A stretch of 64,000 bases of DNA from Lama glama (lineage: Eukaryota), in assembly GCA_028534125.1 (NCBI GenBank), contig CM052818.1:47804001-47868000 (forward strand), read 5' to 3'. The stretch's first letter is position 1, and every line of letters begins with the position of its first letter. The position numbers and the translations under genes were made by a program. Below the pieces are notes generated by a model. The model saw only the letters and a list, made by a program, of their open reading frames with translations, had not been told where the DNA came from and did not search any database. Shown in pieces: positions 48,469-61,215 of this stretch.

Positions 48469-49999
48469 TTACGCCAGGCCGGGCGCCACATCTGACTAGA
48501 CGGAATGCTGTTTGATCCACCCACAACAGGTTCTGAAATTTTCCCGGGATTCAATTGCATAAGCGTGTTGTGTGGCAGAAAATTGGAGACTAGACTTTCC
48601 AGTTTTACCTAAAACATTGTACTTGCTTCTGACCGATGGACCCGTTAAGACTGAGACTGGGCACCTTCCAGTGAGAGATGGTGACTGCTTTCTGCCAAGT
48701 ACAACAAACGTTTTCTTGGAAAATATTTTTAGGCACATCCCCATAAAACCCCTGCAGGGTTTATCTCCTCTAGAAAGCGTGAGGGAGACAGAAGCAACCA
48801 AGAAGACCCTCCAAGTCAGTGGAAGAGTGACCAGCCTCTCCCATGCCTGCGCCGGCTCACTGATGACACCTTGATGTGCCCGCAGTTGACTTCCTGTCAG
48901 TTTTGCCTCACTCTGTCTTTGTGAGCTCGGTCCCGCACCTTAGAGCCCAGTGCTCCCAAAGATTGCGTCTGCGTGTCCCAGCTGCTGGAAGACTCTCCCA
49001 CTGGCCCATCTCGTGGGGAGGAGGCACTTATCAAGAAGGCATCTGACTCGTGTTTGAGACCAACAGTCCCTGAGAGGGTCCTCTTGGTTAGCACTTTAAA
49101 GTCAAACACAGAAGAGGCCAACTCAGGGTGTTCTAAACACAGACACACCCACAGTCCTTGAATTCTGTTCTGATTATTTATATTTCTCTTCTTTCCTCTG
49201 AAAACATGGGTTTGGACAGAGCGAGTGTTTTGCACTAAAGGAGCTGCATGAATCGCAGCCAGTCCAGCAGTGTGTGTTTCTTGATGTTTACATCTTGTTT
49301 GTCCTCCGTGTCGGGGCTGGGCTTCACCAATCAAAACTGAAGCCAAGAAGCTGAGTGCAACGCTTGTTACATGTTTTCACTGGACAGATTTCATTTCTCC
49401 TGCTAAGGAAGCGCACTGGTTCCCGGAAGGGGATTTCTTAGCGTCTTGCTGTTGAAAGGCTTCTCATTACACATGAAATCAGCACTGAGAGCTGAGAAAA
49501 GAGAAAACTTAGTAGTTATTTGACCCTGGGTGAGTCACTTAACATTAATAGCCCATGTAACTTGATCTAAAAATTGATAATAATTCTTTGTCTTAAGGAG
49601 TTGGCTGAATCAGGTGATTACCTAAAATTCCTTCCAGTTCTAAGATAGATAAATCTGTAAATTATTTTAGGGGAATGTCTCGAGAAGACATTTCCCCGAG
49701 ATAGTTAAATTTAAGGTGTTATCAGGTTTATCACGTGGAATCTTACAATAGAGCTTAGTATTAACTATATCATACTATTTTTCAAAAGAACTATAGGTAA
49801 TGCATACATAATATATCTATGCATATAAATATGTCATTTGTCTCAGTTCAAAATATTTTTTAAGTCTGATAAATCACGTTCAGTTTCTTTAAGATGTGAT
49901 ATCTAACTATGCTATTGGAGTTACTTACTTTGAACATTCTGGAAAGTTTATGCTGGCAGCCTAGAAACACAGACATTTAAGTCATGACCCTTGCAAATG

Positions 50000-50005
50000 A
50001 ATAAA
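50000..50005 (+). terminator. Probable CMPK2 polyadenylation signal AATAAA
   Basis: AATAAA about 1.5 kb after the stop, followed by a GT-rich element (gtgtgttgatttc at about 50041). Confidence 0.65.
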
Positions 50006-51102
50006 CTAACTGTAATTTTCTAATCTACGCTACTGTCACAGTGTGTTGATTTCTCTGAAGAGGCTCCCCCTGTGTGGCTCTTGTATAGGAAATTATTTGT
50101 GGTTAAGGAAGTGAGAATGGTTGAATTTGCAGTCAGAGTGCTTTCAGAGAAACGGGAGGGCATTTTTGTTTTGTTTTAAACATCATTTCAAGAAAGTGAA
50201 ATCCCTTCCTCACTGCAGACATGACAGAGAATTTTTTTCAAATCCAGTAAGAAAACAGTCTTCATTCCCCTGGGCTCTTCCTACACTGACAGGTATATAA
50301 GATGTGTGACTATGCGGTAAGACAAGACCTGCCCAGAAACGGATGGCGCGGGATCATGTGCTTGGCTTTGATTCATTCACAGTCCAGGAGCACTTCCGTT
50401 CCTGTGATGGACCTTCAGTGTCCCTGGTGGTGGTTCTTCCTCTCCTCCACAGTAAAGGAGCTTTGAGCTCAACCAGGGCTGCCGGGAATGACATTTCCAA
50501 GGCTCCCTTGTAGCTGGAGGGACCCAGTGGCCACTTACAGGCTCTTCAGGTCATGTGTGAGCAGAAGTGACGTCAGGAACGTCAAGGGGGAAGGGTGTCC
50601 CCCTCCCCCTTTAACCCTTCACACTGCTTGGTATTCAGTGGTGGTGGTGAGGCATTTGGGGACCAAGAGACTAGGGTGACACTGTGTAGATGGAGAAGCA
50701 GCAGGATGAATGGAGACGACCTTCACTTATGAAAGATAAGGACTAGGAATGAAAATGTCAGTGTTCCACTGGAGGACGTGTCCACCTGGGGAAACTGCCA
50801 TGATGCAGGCACAGCTGACACGCACAGCCTCAATTTCTTCCTTCCCTGTTTTCTTCTCCTCTTGGCGGCAGGTGTCTGGGTTGGTTGGTTTGTTGGTTTG
50901 TTTTCTACACCAATCTCCTTTTTCACTAACTCTTCTCTCCATGAAACTTCTCTCTTCTAACAGCAATTGTAAAGCATCTTAAAGATGTTTCCACCCTGAG
51001 CTCTTTTTGGAATATATACCAAGGAAATGATCAGAGATACACGTAGAAGTGTTTTATCATATCTGCATAGTGTACTTCGAGTAACTGGAATATATTTATA
51101 TG

Positions 51103-53504
51103 CAGGCAGACCTTGCTTTATTGCCCTTCAGAGATACCGTGTCTACAAACTGGAAGTTTGTGGCAACCCTACATTGAGCATGTGTGTTGGCGCCATTTTT
51201 CCAACATTTGCTCACTTCATGTCTCTGTGTCACATTTTGGTAAATCTCTCAGTATTTCAAGCTTTTTCATTGTTATGCTATTTGTTCTAATGTTCTGTGA
51301 TCAGTGATCTTTGGTGTTACCACTGTAACTGTTTTGGAGTGCCATGAGCCACACCCACGTCAGACAGTGAACTTAATCAACGGATGTCCTGTGTGTTCTG
51401 ACTGCTCCACCAGCTAGCTGTTCCCCGTTTCTCTCCATCACCTTGGGCCTCCTGATTCCCGGAGACACCAGAATATTGAAATTAGGCTGATTAATAGCCC
51501 TACCGTGGCCTCTAAGTGTTCAAATTAAAGGAAGAGTCACATTATCTTCATTTTAAATCAAAAGCTAGGCATGATTAAGCTTGGTGAGGAAGGTGTGCCA
51601 GAAGGCTAGACGGGTTGACAACTAGGCCTTTTGCACCAAACAGCCAAGTTATGGATGCAAAAACAAAGTTCTTGAAGGAGGTTAAATCTGCTGCTCCAGT
51701 GAACACACAAATGATAAAAGAGTTAAACAGTCTTATTGCTGATGTGGAGGAAGTCTGGGCGGTTTGGATAGAAGATCAAACCAGCCACCACATTTCTTTA
51801 AACCAAAGTGTCATCCAGAGCAAAGCCGCAGCTCTCTTCAATTCTATGAAGGCTGAGAGAGGTGGGGAAGCTGGAGAAGAAAAGTGTGAAGCCGGCAGAG
51901 GTTGGGTCCCGAGGTTGAAGGAAGGAAGCCGTCTCCATGACATAAAAGTGCAGGTGAAGCGGCACGTGCTGATGCAGAAGCGGGAGCAAGTTCTCCAGAT
52001 GATGCAGCTCAGAGCATCCATGAAGGTGGCGACACTGAACAGCAGATTTTCGAAGTAGATGAAACAGCCTTCTGTTGGTAGAAGATGCCATCTAGGGCTG
52101 TCATATCATAGCTGGAGAGGAGACGTCAATGCCTGGCTCCAAAGCTTCACAGGACAGGCTGACTCTCTTGTTAGGAGCTAATGCATCTGATGACTTGAAG
52201 TCAAAGCCAATGCTCATTTACCATCTGAAAATCCTAGGGCCCTTTAGAAGGATGCTAAATCTGTTCTGCTTGTGTTCTAGAAATGGGACGACAAAGCCTG
52301 TGTACTGGGTATTCTAAGCCCACTGTTGAGACCTATTGCTCAGGAAGAAAATTCTTTCAAAATATTACTGCTCACTGACAATAAACCTGATCATCCAAGA
52401 TCTCTGATGTAGATGGACAATGAGATGAATGCTGTTGTCATGCCTGCTGCCACAGCTTCCACAAACATACATATACACATACATACATACACATATATAT
52501 TCCTTTTCATATTCAGCAATCCATGGATCAAGAAGTAATTTTGACTTTCAAGTCTTATTATTTAAGAAATATATTTTATAAGGTTATACTGCCATAGACA
52601 GTGATTCCTCTGCTGGATGTGGGCACAGTCAGCTGAAAACCTTGTGGAAAGACCTCACCATTCTCGATGCCGTTAAGAACGTTATTGAGCAAAGGGAAGT
52701 GGCAAAATATCCACATTCACAGAAGTTTGGAAGCAGCTGATCTCAACTCTCCTGGGTGACTTTGAGGGGGTTCAAGACTTCAGTGGAGGAAGTAACTGCA
52801 CATGTGGTGGAAACAGCAAGAAAACTAGAATTACAAGTGGAGCCTGAGGACGGGACTGAATTGCTGCATCTCATGGTGCAGCTTGAATGGATGAGGAGTT
52901 GCTTCTGATGGATGAGCCAAGAAAGTGCTGTTCTGAGATGCAGTCTCCTCCTGGTGAAGAGGCTGTGAAGAGGGTTGAAATGATAACAAAGCGTTTGGAA
53001 TGTGACATGAACTTAGCTGATACAGCAGCAGCAGCGTTTGAGAGGATGGACTCCAATTTTGAAAGAAGTTCTGCGGTGAGTGTAACACTGTCAAACAGCG
53101 CTGCCTGCTGCAGAGATGTCCTCTGTGAAAGGAAGACTCAATCCATGCGGCAGACTTCATTCTTGTCTCATTTTAAGCAACTTGCGCAGCCTCCCAGCTT
53201 CCAGCAACTACCACCCTGATCAGTCAGCAGCCATCAACAGACCCTCCACCAGCAAAAAGATTAGACTCACTGAAGGCTCAGGTGAGGGTGAGTGTTTCTA
53301 TTTTTTAGCAATGAACTTCTTTTAAATTAAGGTCAGTATATTGTTTTTCAAAATATAATGCACTTTCAACAAACGACAATATAGTGTAAGCACACTTTTT
53401 ATACCACTGGGAAACTGCAAACTTCATGTGACTGGCTTTATGGTGATATCTGCTTTATTGAGGTGTTCTGGAACCAAACCCACAATATCTCTAAGGTGTG
53501 CCTG
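51103..53504 (+). mobile_element. Near full-length Tigger1 (pogo-family) DNA transposon with a decayed transposase
   Basis: Terminal inverted repeats caggcagacct...aggtgtgcctg, about 2.4 kb; ORF 51615-52058 ([18 protein letters not shown]...[22 protein letters not shown]) is a Tigger transposase fragment broken by stops and frameshifts. Confidence 0.92.
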
Positions 53505-55159
53505 TGTGTATAATGTGTGCTTGTGTAGAATATGTCCTGATTAAGTACATTAGGGTCAATCCTTTTAATGAAACGCTAAGCAGAATGCACCTAGGAAGGT
53601 GTGAATTACTAGAATCGCTTTTCTCTCAGTGATGGCCAGTGACTTAAATTTCAGCAAAAAATGAAGATAAAGCAAAATGCACCCCACCCCCTACTTTTAA
53701 ATTGAAGTACAGTCAGTCTACAATGTTGTGTCAGTTCCCGGTGCGCAGCCCAGTGCTTCAGCCCCTTTGAACCACACACAAGGTCGGCGGACTGAGAACG
53801 CAAACTCCTCTTAGAACTGCAGGGTGGCTTTGGATGCGCAGACAGTCAAGAATGTTTTATGCCTTTGGTGGTCTTCATTTTCAAGCTGTTTTTCTTTAAA
53901 TTCTGAACCCCGGAGCCAGACACTAAGCAGTGCTTCATGTTGGAGTATATAACCACTAGCAAATTTATTTAATCTTCAGGCTTCTGTAAATACAGCTTTG
54001 TTCATATACTGAATTTTCTTAGTATGAACAGGAAGAGGAGAAATGGGTGCCGGCCTTTTTTTTTCCCCCTTCACTTTAAAAGTGCAGCCATTTCATGAAA
54101 TGCTTTCAGCCTACAGCTGTAATGTCCCTTTGTGTTGTTTATAAATAATCTGGTCTTTCTCATGAGCAGCATAACTGGTTAGTAGACATAAAAATATTCA
54201 GTCCTACCCGATTTAAAACTTAGTATAATTTGATCTTTTAACAGGCCCTTAAGGCAATGCATGCTCTTTTTTTTAGAGAGAAGCTCAGGGTTTCAGATTT
54301 CTCAGCCTTCAAAGGTCCACGCTGACTGGCCTCTCCCCAGGATGCCATCTGGGTGCCTGGGGCCAAAAGTGTCATTTAAGCATCCCTGGTGAGGAGGGGA
54401 GGAGGGTCTGCGGTCACATTGTTCCCTCTGACTGGGCATGGACTGCCTGCCTGTGTAGCCAGTTCCAGTCTGTTTTTTGTGGACATTTCTGACCAACTTG
54501 GGTCTCCTTGGTGCTCGGATCTCTCGAGTCTTTGTCTTCCATCCAGCCCCGCCCACTGTCCTTTTCGAGGCCAGCCCCAGTACCACGTCCACCCCTGGGG
54601 TCCACACACTCTTAGGGCATGTTCAAGTGTCAGGGAACTGAGAACAATCAAGAAAGCAGATGTCAAGACCTCCTTTCCTCATCATGCTGCCCAGGCACGT
54701 TTATTCTGGCTTGACCTGGCTCCAAGCTGGCTCAGAGTCACTCAAAATGCAGGGAGGGGTGCTGTCCTCCCCATCTCCGAACTGCTGCTCTTGGTTCCAG
54801 GGCAAAGCTTAGGGACCGGAAATGGCGGGGCATGTACCTCGCCATCTCACACTTCACTTTTTCCCTTAGGAAGCAAACAGTCTTCCATCTGCCTACCAGT
54901 TTCTGAATTTCACAACAGTGTAATTTGGGGGTCTGTTTCCATCCGTTTTTGCTGGATCCTTGGTGGGTCCTTTGAGTTTGGAAACTCAGGTCCTTGCACT
55001 GTTACAATTTTCTTGGGTTGTTTCCTGGATGAACTCTACTGCTCACTTTTTTCTTTTCTCTTTTTCTATGTTGTCTATTATTCCGATGTTGGACACATTA
55101 AACTGGTTTCCTAATTTCCTTAGCTTTCCTCTCACACATTACTTCTTTGTTTTGTTTTG

Positions 55160-56072
55160 TGTTCTTTTTTACTGAAGTATAGTTGTTTTACAGTGCTGTG
55201 TTAATTTCTGGTATACGGCACAGTGATTCAGTTACAAATATATATCCTTTGTCACTAGCTGTATCATTCTTTTTCATTATAGGCTATTACAAGGTACTCA
55301 GTATCGTTCCCTGTGATACACAGTAGAACCTTGTTGTGTATCTTTTTTGTCTATTGTAGTTAGTATTTGCAAATCCTGAACTCCCAATTTATCTCCCCCC
55401 TCCCTCCACTGGTAACTGTAAGTTTGTTTTCTGTCTGTGAGTCTGGTTCTGTTTTGTAAATAAGTTCATCTGTGCCATTTTTTTTAGATTCCACATATGA
55501 GCGATCTCATATGGTATTTTTCTTCTTCTTTCTGGCTTACTTCACTTAGTATGACAATCTCAGGCCCATCCATGTTGTTACAGATGGCATTATTTCACTT
55601 TTTAATGGCTAAATAATATTCCATTACATATATAATGTATGTATTATATATATTATAATGTTATTATTATTATATAATATTATAATGTTATATATTATAA
55701 TTATATATATTATAATGTTATATATATATAATGTGTGTGTATACACACATATACATACCACATATTCTTTATCCGGTCATCTGTTAATGGGCATTTAGGT
55801 TGCTTCCATGTCTTGGCTACTGTACATAGTGATGCTCTGAACATGGGGGTGCAGGTATCTTTTTGAATTAGAACTTTCCTCAGATATATGCGCAGGAATG
55901 GGATTGCTGGATCATATGGTAAATCTATTTTCAGTTTTTTAAGGAACCCCCATACTGTTTTCCATAGTGGCTGCATCAAACTACATTCCCACCAACAGTT
56001 ACAAGGGTTCCCTTTTCGCTACATCCTCTCCAGGATTTGTCATTTGTGGACGTTTTAATGATGGCCATTCTC
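55160..56072 (-). mobile_element. L1 3' fragment (end of ORF2 plus 3'UTR) with an internal AT-rich microsatellite
   Basis: ORF 55710-55979 ([27 protein letters not shown]...AKTWKQPKCP) is the L1 ORF2 C-terminus. Confidence 0.9.
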
Positions 56073-56364
56073 ACATATTTCCTATCTATTTATATACCTT
56101 TACTACATTTTATAATATTTTTTCAACTTTGTGTTTAAACTCTTCTACTAAGATTTTCATTTCTGCTATCAAGTTTCTAAGCTTCTCTTTCTGCCTCCCT
56201 TTTTCTTTCCTCTTTTCTTTGTCTTGTTACCTACACATTTTTAAAAATAGTATCTTTGCTTTTTCCTGGGATGCAATATCTTCACTTATTTTTCTGAGAC
56301 TTCAACAATGGCTTTGTTTAAAGTTCTTCTTGCAAAGTCTTCATTTTCTCTAAGGGGGATTTTT

Positions 56365-57475
56365 TTTAACATTTTTTATTGATTTATAATCATTTTACAA
56401 TGTTGTGTCAAATTCCAGTGTTCAGCACAATTTTTCAGTCATTCATGGACATATACACACTCATTGTCACATTTCTTTCTCTGAGTTATCATAACATTTT
56501 GTGTATATTTCCCTGTGCTATACAGTGTAATCTTGTCTACCTATTCTACAATTTTGAAATCCCAGTCTATCCCTTCCCACCCTCCACCCCCCTGGTAACC
56601 ACAAGTCTGTATTCTCTGTCCTTGAGTCTATTTCTGTCCTGTATTTATGCTTTGTTTTTGTTTGTTTGTTTGTTTTTGTTTTTGTTTTTTAGATTCCACA
56701 TATGAGCGATCTCATATGGTATGTTTCTTTCTCTTTCTGGCTTACTTCACTTAGAATGACATTCTCTAAGAGCATCCATGTTGCTGCAAATGGCATTATG
56801 TTGTCGGTTTTCATGGCTGAGTAGTATTCCNNNNNNNNNNNNNNNNNNNNNNNNNNNNNNNNNNNNNNNNNNNNNNNNNNNNNNNNNNNNNNNNNNNNNN
56901 NNNNNNNNNNNNNNNNNNNNNNNNNNNNNNNNNNNNNNNNNNNNNNNNNNNNNNNNNNNNNNNNNNNNNNNNNNNNNNNNNNNNNNNNNNNNNNNNNNNN
57001 NNNNNNNNNNNNNNNNNNNNNNNNNNNNNNNNNNNNNNNNNNNNNNNNNNNNNNNNNNNNNNNNNNNNNNNNNNNNNNNNNNNNNNNNNNNNNNNNNNNN
57101 NNNNNNNNNNNNNNNNNNNNNNNNNNNNNNNNNNNNNNNNNNNNNNNNNNNNNNNNNNNNNNNNNNNNNNNNNNNNNNNNNNNNNNNNNNNNNNNNNNNN
57201 NNNNNNNNNNNNNNNNNNNNNNNNNNNNNNNNNNNNNNNNNNNNNNNNNNNNNNNNNNNNNNNNNNNNNNNNNNNNNNNNNNNNNNNNNNNNNNNNNNNN
57301 NNNNNNNNNNNNNNNNNNNNNNNNNNNNNNGGGCTTTTTGTTTTTCTTTTTCTAATTCATTCAGGTGGTGGGTTAACTTGTTTATTTGAAATTGTTCTTC
57401 TTTTTTGAGGGAGGCCTGTATCGCTATAAACTTCCCTCTTAGCACTGCCTTTGCTGTGTCCCATAGGTTTTGAGT
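56365..57475 (-). mobile_element. Young 5'-truncated L1 spanning the second gap
   Basis: ORF2 segment LRGKFIAIQASLKKEE on one side of the gap, ORF2 end and 3'UTR on the other; TSD GGGGGATTTTT at 56354-56364 and 57476-57486. Confidence 0.9.
56831..57330. other. Assembly gap (exactly 500 N), inside an L1
   Basis: Run of N. Confidence 0.99.
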
Positions 57476-57629
57476 GGGGGATTTTTATTTGTTTCTTTTA
57501 TTTGCACCTTCCAGGTAAGGTGCTGTCTTCAGATTCTAGTAACACTTAGCGGTGGCTCGTGATTGGTGTGAAAGATTACAAACTCTGTGTGTAGCTTTTT
57601 AAAAATTTTCTTTTTTTAAAGCTTTTGTC

Positions 57630-57742
57630 TTGGTGGGAGGGGGTAATTAAGTATTTATTTATTTATACGAAGGTACTGGGGATTGAACTCAGGACCTCAT
57701 GTGTGCTAAGCACCTGCTCTACACTGAGCTACACCCTCCCTT
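57630..57742 (-). mobile_element. tRNA-derived SINE (Vic-1-like)
   Basis: gaaggtactggggattgaactcaggacctc...actgagctacaccctccc. Confidence 0.85.
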
Positions 57743-58289
57743 CCTGTGTGTAGCTTTTGATCTCACTGAGTGAAGCTCTGTTCTCCCGGATCATCGCTGT
57801 GGACCCCAGCCGACCTCCGTGATGATCTTCCCTGTACCTGGTTCATTCTTTGCAGCGCAGACCTAACTGCAAATCTTCCCTGGGGAGAACCTCTCACCCC
57901 TCCCAGCACCAAATGGCTGTGGCTGGATAGGCTAGCAGGCTGAATTCAGCCAGCACAGTTATTTGACTTTACCTAAAAAACAAACAAAATAAACCCCACA
58001 AAAGCCTCACAAATTTTTAGCACAATAATTTTTACACAATTGAATGTGAGTGACATTGAAGTCACAGTCCCTCCAGCTGTGTCATAGCCCCCAGCACACT
58101 TGATTCCTCTTCAAACGTAAGAAGAGAAGACGCTCCCTTTAAGAGCTCACCACCCAGGCAGAGAGGGGACATGCACACACACCATCATCTCCGGACTTTC
58201 TGTGGCTGGAGTAGGTGTTTACTTTGCCTGCGGTTTTGAGAAATGTTTCAAGGGGATGGAATCAGAAGATACTCACATAAAATACATGT

Positions 58290-58769
58290 CTACTATTACA
58301 ATAGCCAAGAGATGGAAACAACCTAAATGTCCATTGACAGATGATTCGATAAAGAAGTTGTGGTATGTGTATGATACATACAATGGAATACTACTCAGCC
58401 ATAAAAAAGAATAAAATAATGCTATTTGCAGCAACATGGGTGGACCTGGAGATTGTCAAACTAAGTGAAGTACGCCAGAAGGAGAAAGAAAAATTATTAT
58501 ATGACATCACTTATATGTGGAATCTAGAAAAATGACAAAAATGAACTTATTTGCAAAACAGAAACAGACTCACAGACATAGAAAACAAAACTGCAGTTAC
58601 CAGGGAGGGACAGGGGTGGGGTGGAGGGATAAACTGGGAGTTTGGGATTTGGAGATACTATTATATGCAAAATTGATGGTAAGTTCCTATTGTACAGCAC
58701 AGGAAACTGTACTCAATACCTTGTAATAGCCTATGAAGAAAAATAATATGAAAAGATATATATATGGAT

Positions 58770-58812
<43 letters not shown>

Positions 58813-58893
58813 TATGGATAACTGAATCACTATGCTATACACCAGAAATTAATGCAACATTATACACCGACTACACCTCAATAAAAAAATAAA
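58290..58893 (+). mobile_element. L1 3' fragment with a (TA)n(CA)n microsatellite
   Basis: TIAKRWKQPKCPLTD translation, L1 3'UTR, AATAAA and A-tail. Confidence 0.9.
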
Positions 58894-60430
58894 TGTGTCT
58901 AAATGTTAAACTGAATTGAAATGGACATTTCTTGCCAAAGCAATCTGTCTAGTAGCTCCGCTCGCTTAGCACTGTGTCCTTGTCCTGCTCAGTGACTGCC
59001 TGGACTCAAGAATTTCCATCAATGATCTGACTTTAACATTCTTGCGAGCATGAATTAAATACAGGACGTTAATTTGGACCTGCGTATTTCATCTGCAGGC
59101 CCTGATGCGTCTAAATCTACTTTGGAGGTTTTCATTGTTAATTTTGAAATTTTTTTTAACAAGTGAAATATTTAAGACATCTGTGTGGAGACCCTGTGCC
59201 ACATGGCGCTTGGCTTGATCCCAGGTTGTGGCTCAGTCATGCTAACTCTTTTTCTATTTTGTTTGATGAAGACCTAAGTCAATTCCCTTTGGAGCAAATA
59301 CATGATATTTCCACTAGAGGGCGGAGACGGGCTAATTTTAAACACTGAGGAGGGAGCTGTTCTTTCTGCGGAAATAATCGTCCCCCCCCATACTGTGCCT
59401 GGATAAGCAACGGTGTTTCCTTTCATTTTTATTTAAATCTCTGCTCTAATGGGAGAACAAAGGACCATGTGGAACGTTTCTAGGTCAAAGGAGAAAGTCT
59501 TTAAAAGTGGCTAATTTCTTGCTTCAGGAATTCTAAATACAGCCCTGGGGTCAGAAACATTTTCAAAGAAAGACCTTGGTGATCAGAGAACTCCATCTCT
59601 TTCCTTAATTGTTGTGGAAAATGAGGCCCAGAGATAGTCCTGCTCTGCTCAGGGTTGGAGGATTTGCTAGTAGCAGACACAAAAATAGAAACGTTGCCCA
59701 GTTCTTTCCCTCGGGCTCTTTATAATACAATGGATGGGGTCAGCATTTCTATATTTATGCACAGGTACATGTACGCATATGCTTTCCTCCCTCTGAGGTT
59801 TGTGATCTCAGCTCTGGCATTAAGACACATGGTGGAGCTTTCATGTGTCCTGGTTTATTTGCTCTTAAATCCTCCCCGCCCCAGCTCCCAGAGTATGGCT
59901 AATGGACTCAGCAACGTCCAAATCTTGTAATTACTGACCAATCACCGACATACCTTGGTTTACAAAACACATCATAAACCTTCCTGTGATGTCTCCAACA
60001 TTTTTATTAACGTGCACGACCTCAGTGGCTGTGTTTATTCCGCCATAGCTGAGGGTGTGTCCCGTTTCTTTAGAATAATAAGGCATTTGAGGGAGCTCTC
60101 AAATGTCACTTCTGGCTGAAGCTGGTCTGTAAGCTCTTACAAATGTGATCCATTCTGCGCTCATCTTCGAGGTAGGGAAGATTGTTTTCTGAGTCTTGAC
60201 TGAAAAAAAAAGCATACCCAAATCTTCTATTCTGAGATTGTTAAAAAAAGAAAAAAAAAGCAATTAACCAATGTGTGCTCTTTGAAGCCGTGAAAGAATA
60301 TTTCTTTCAACATTTTCTGTAGTCAGAACTTTCACTAAGGAGTTTCCCCTCTGTCTCTGAATAATCTGACAGCAGCCCTGGTCTATTTCCATCAGGAAAG
60401 CGCTTCGTCTAAAGTGAGCGTTAGGGTTAG

Positions 60431-60774
60431 TGTTAGGAAATGTGGGGATATATTTATAGGAACTGTCGTCATTCTGAGGAGGGAAGAATCAGACAAGGTA
60501 CCCTTCCCCGCCGCCCCTGTAACATAGCTTGCTTCTGTTTGTGTAAACCGCTGCTTCCTGCAACAGTCGAGTGGAGACTTGCTGCACCTAAGCTGGAAAG
60601 TCCCAAATACCTGGAAGTGTTCCAAGTTTAAGAGACACTCAGATCCCAAGCTCGGAGCTCAGCCTTGGGAGGCGACTCCGCTGGGCCAGCGCCAGTGTGA
60701 ATAAAACCAGTCTGTTCTGATCCTCTGTGTGCGTGTCTTCTGTCGCTTCCCGCCAGGCTCATTCTTCTGTTACA
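60431..60774 (+). mobile_element. Probable short solo LTR
   Basis: TGTTA...GTTACA ends and AATAAA at about 60699; no clear TSD. Confidence 0.55.
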
Positions 60775-60784
60775 TTTCTGTTTC

Positions 60785-61215
60785 TTCCTTCCAGTTTTAT
60801 TGAGATGTAATTGACACACAGGCAACGTGGAGATATATTTACAAGAACTGTGGTCATTCTATCATTTTCCTCCAGTTTTATTGAGATGTACTTGATACAT
60901 AGCATGTATAAATGCAAGGTGTGTGCAGCATAACGATGTGACTTAATCCATCATGAAACGACTTCCACAGTAAGTTTAGTGAACATCCATCATCTCATAT
61001 AGAGACAAAGTTAAAGAAATAGAAAAACAATTTTTCTTGTGATGAGAACTCTTAGGATTGACTCTCTTAACAACTTCCATCTCTAACATACAATGGTGTC
61101 GGTTCTGTTTATCATGTTGTGCATTACATCCCTAGTACTTATTTATCTTATACCTGGAAGTCTGTACTTTATGCTACCTTTATCCAGTTCCCCTCCCTTC
61201 AGCCCCTGTCTCTGA
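60785..61215 (-). mobile_element. L1 3'-end fragment
   Basis: ttttattgagatgta...gtgatgagaactcttaggatt...catgttgtgcattacatccc. Confidence 0.75.

Noticed and set aside
54389..55114. 241-aa ORF
   Set aside because: Non-ATG start, runs into T-rich old repeat sequence, and has no homology I can recognise
60420..60437. TTAGGG-like units
   Set aside because: Only 2-3 degenerate units; not an interstitial telomeric array
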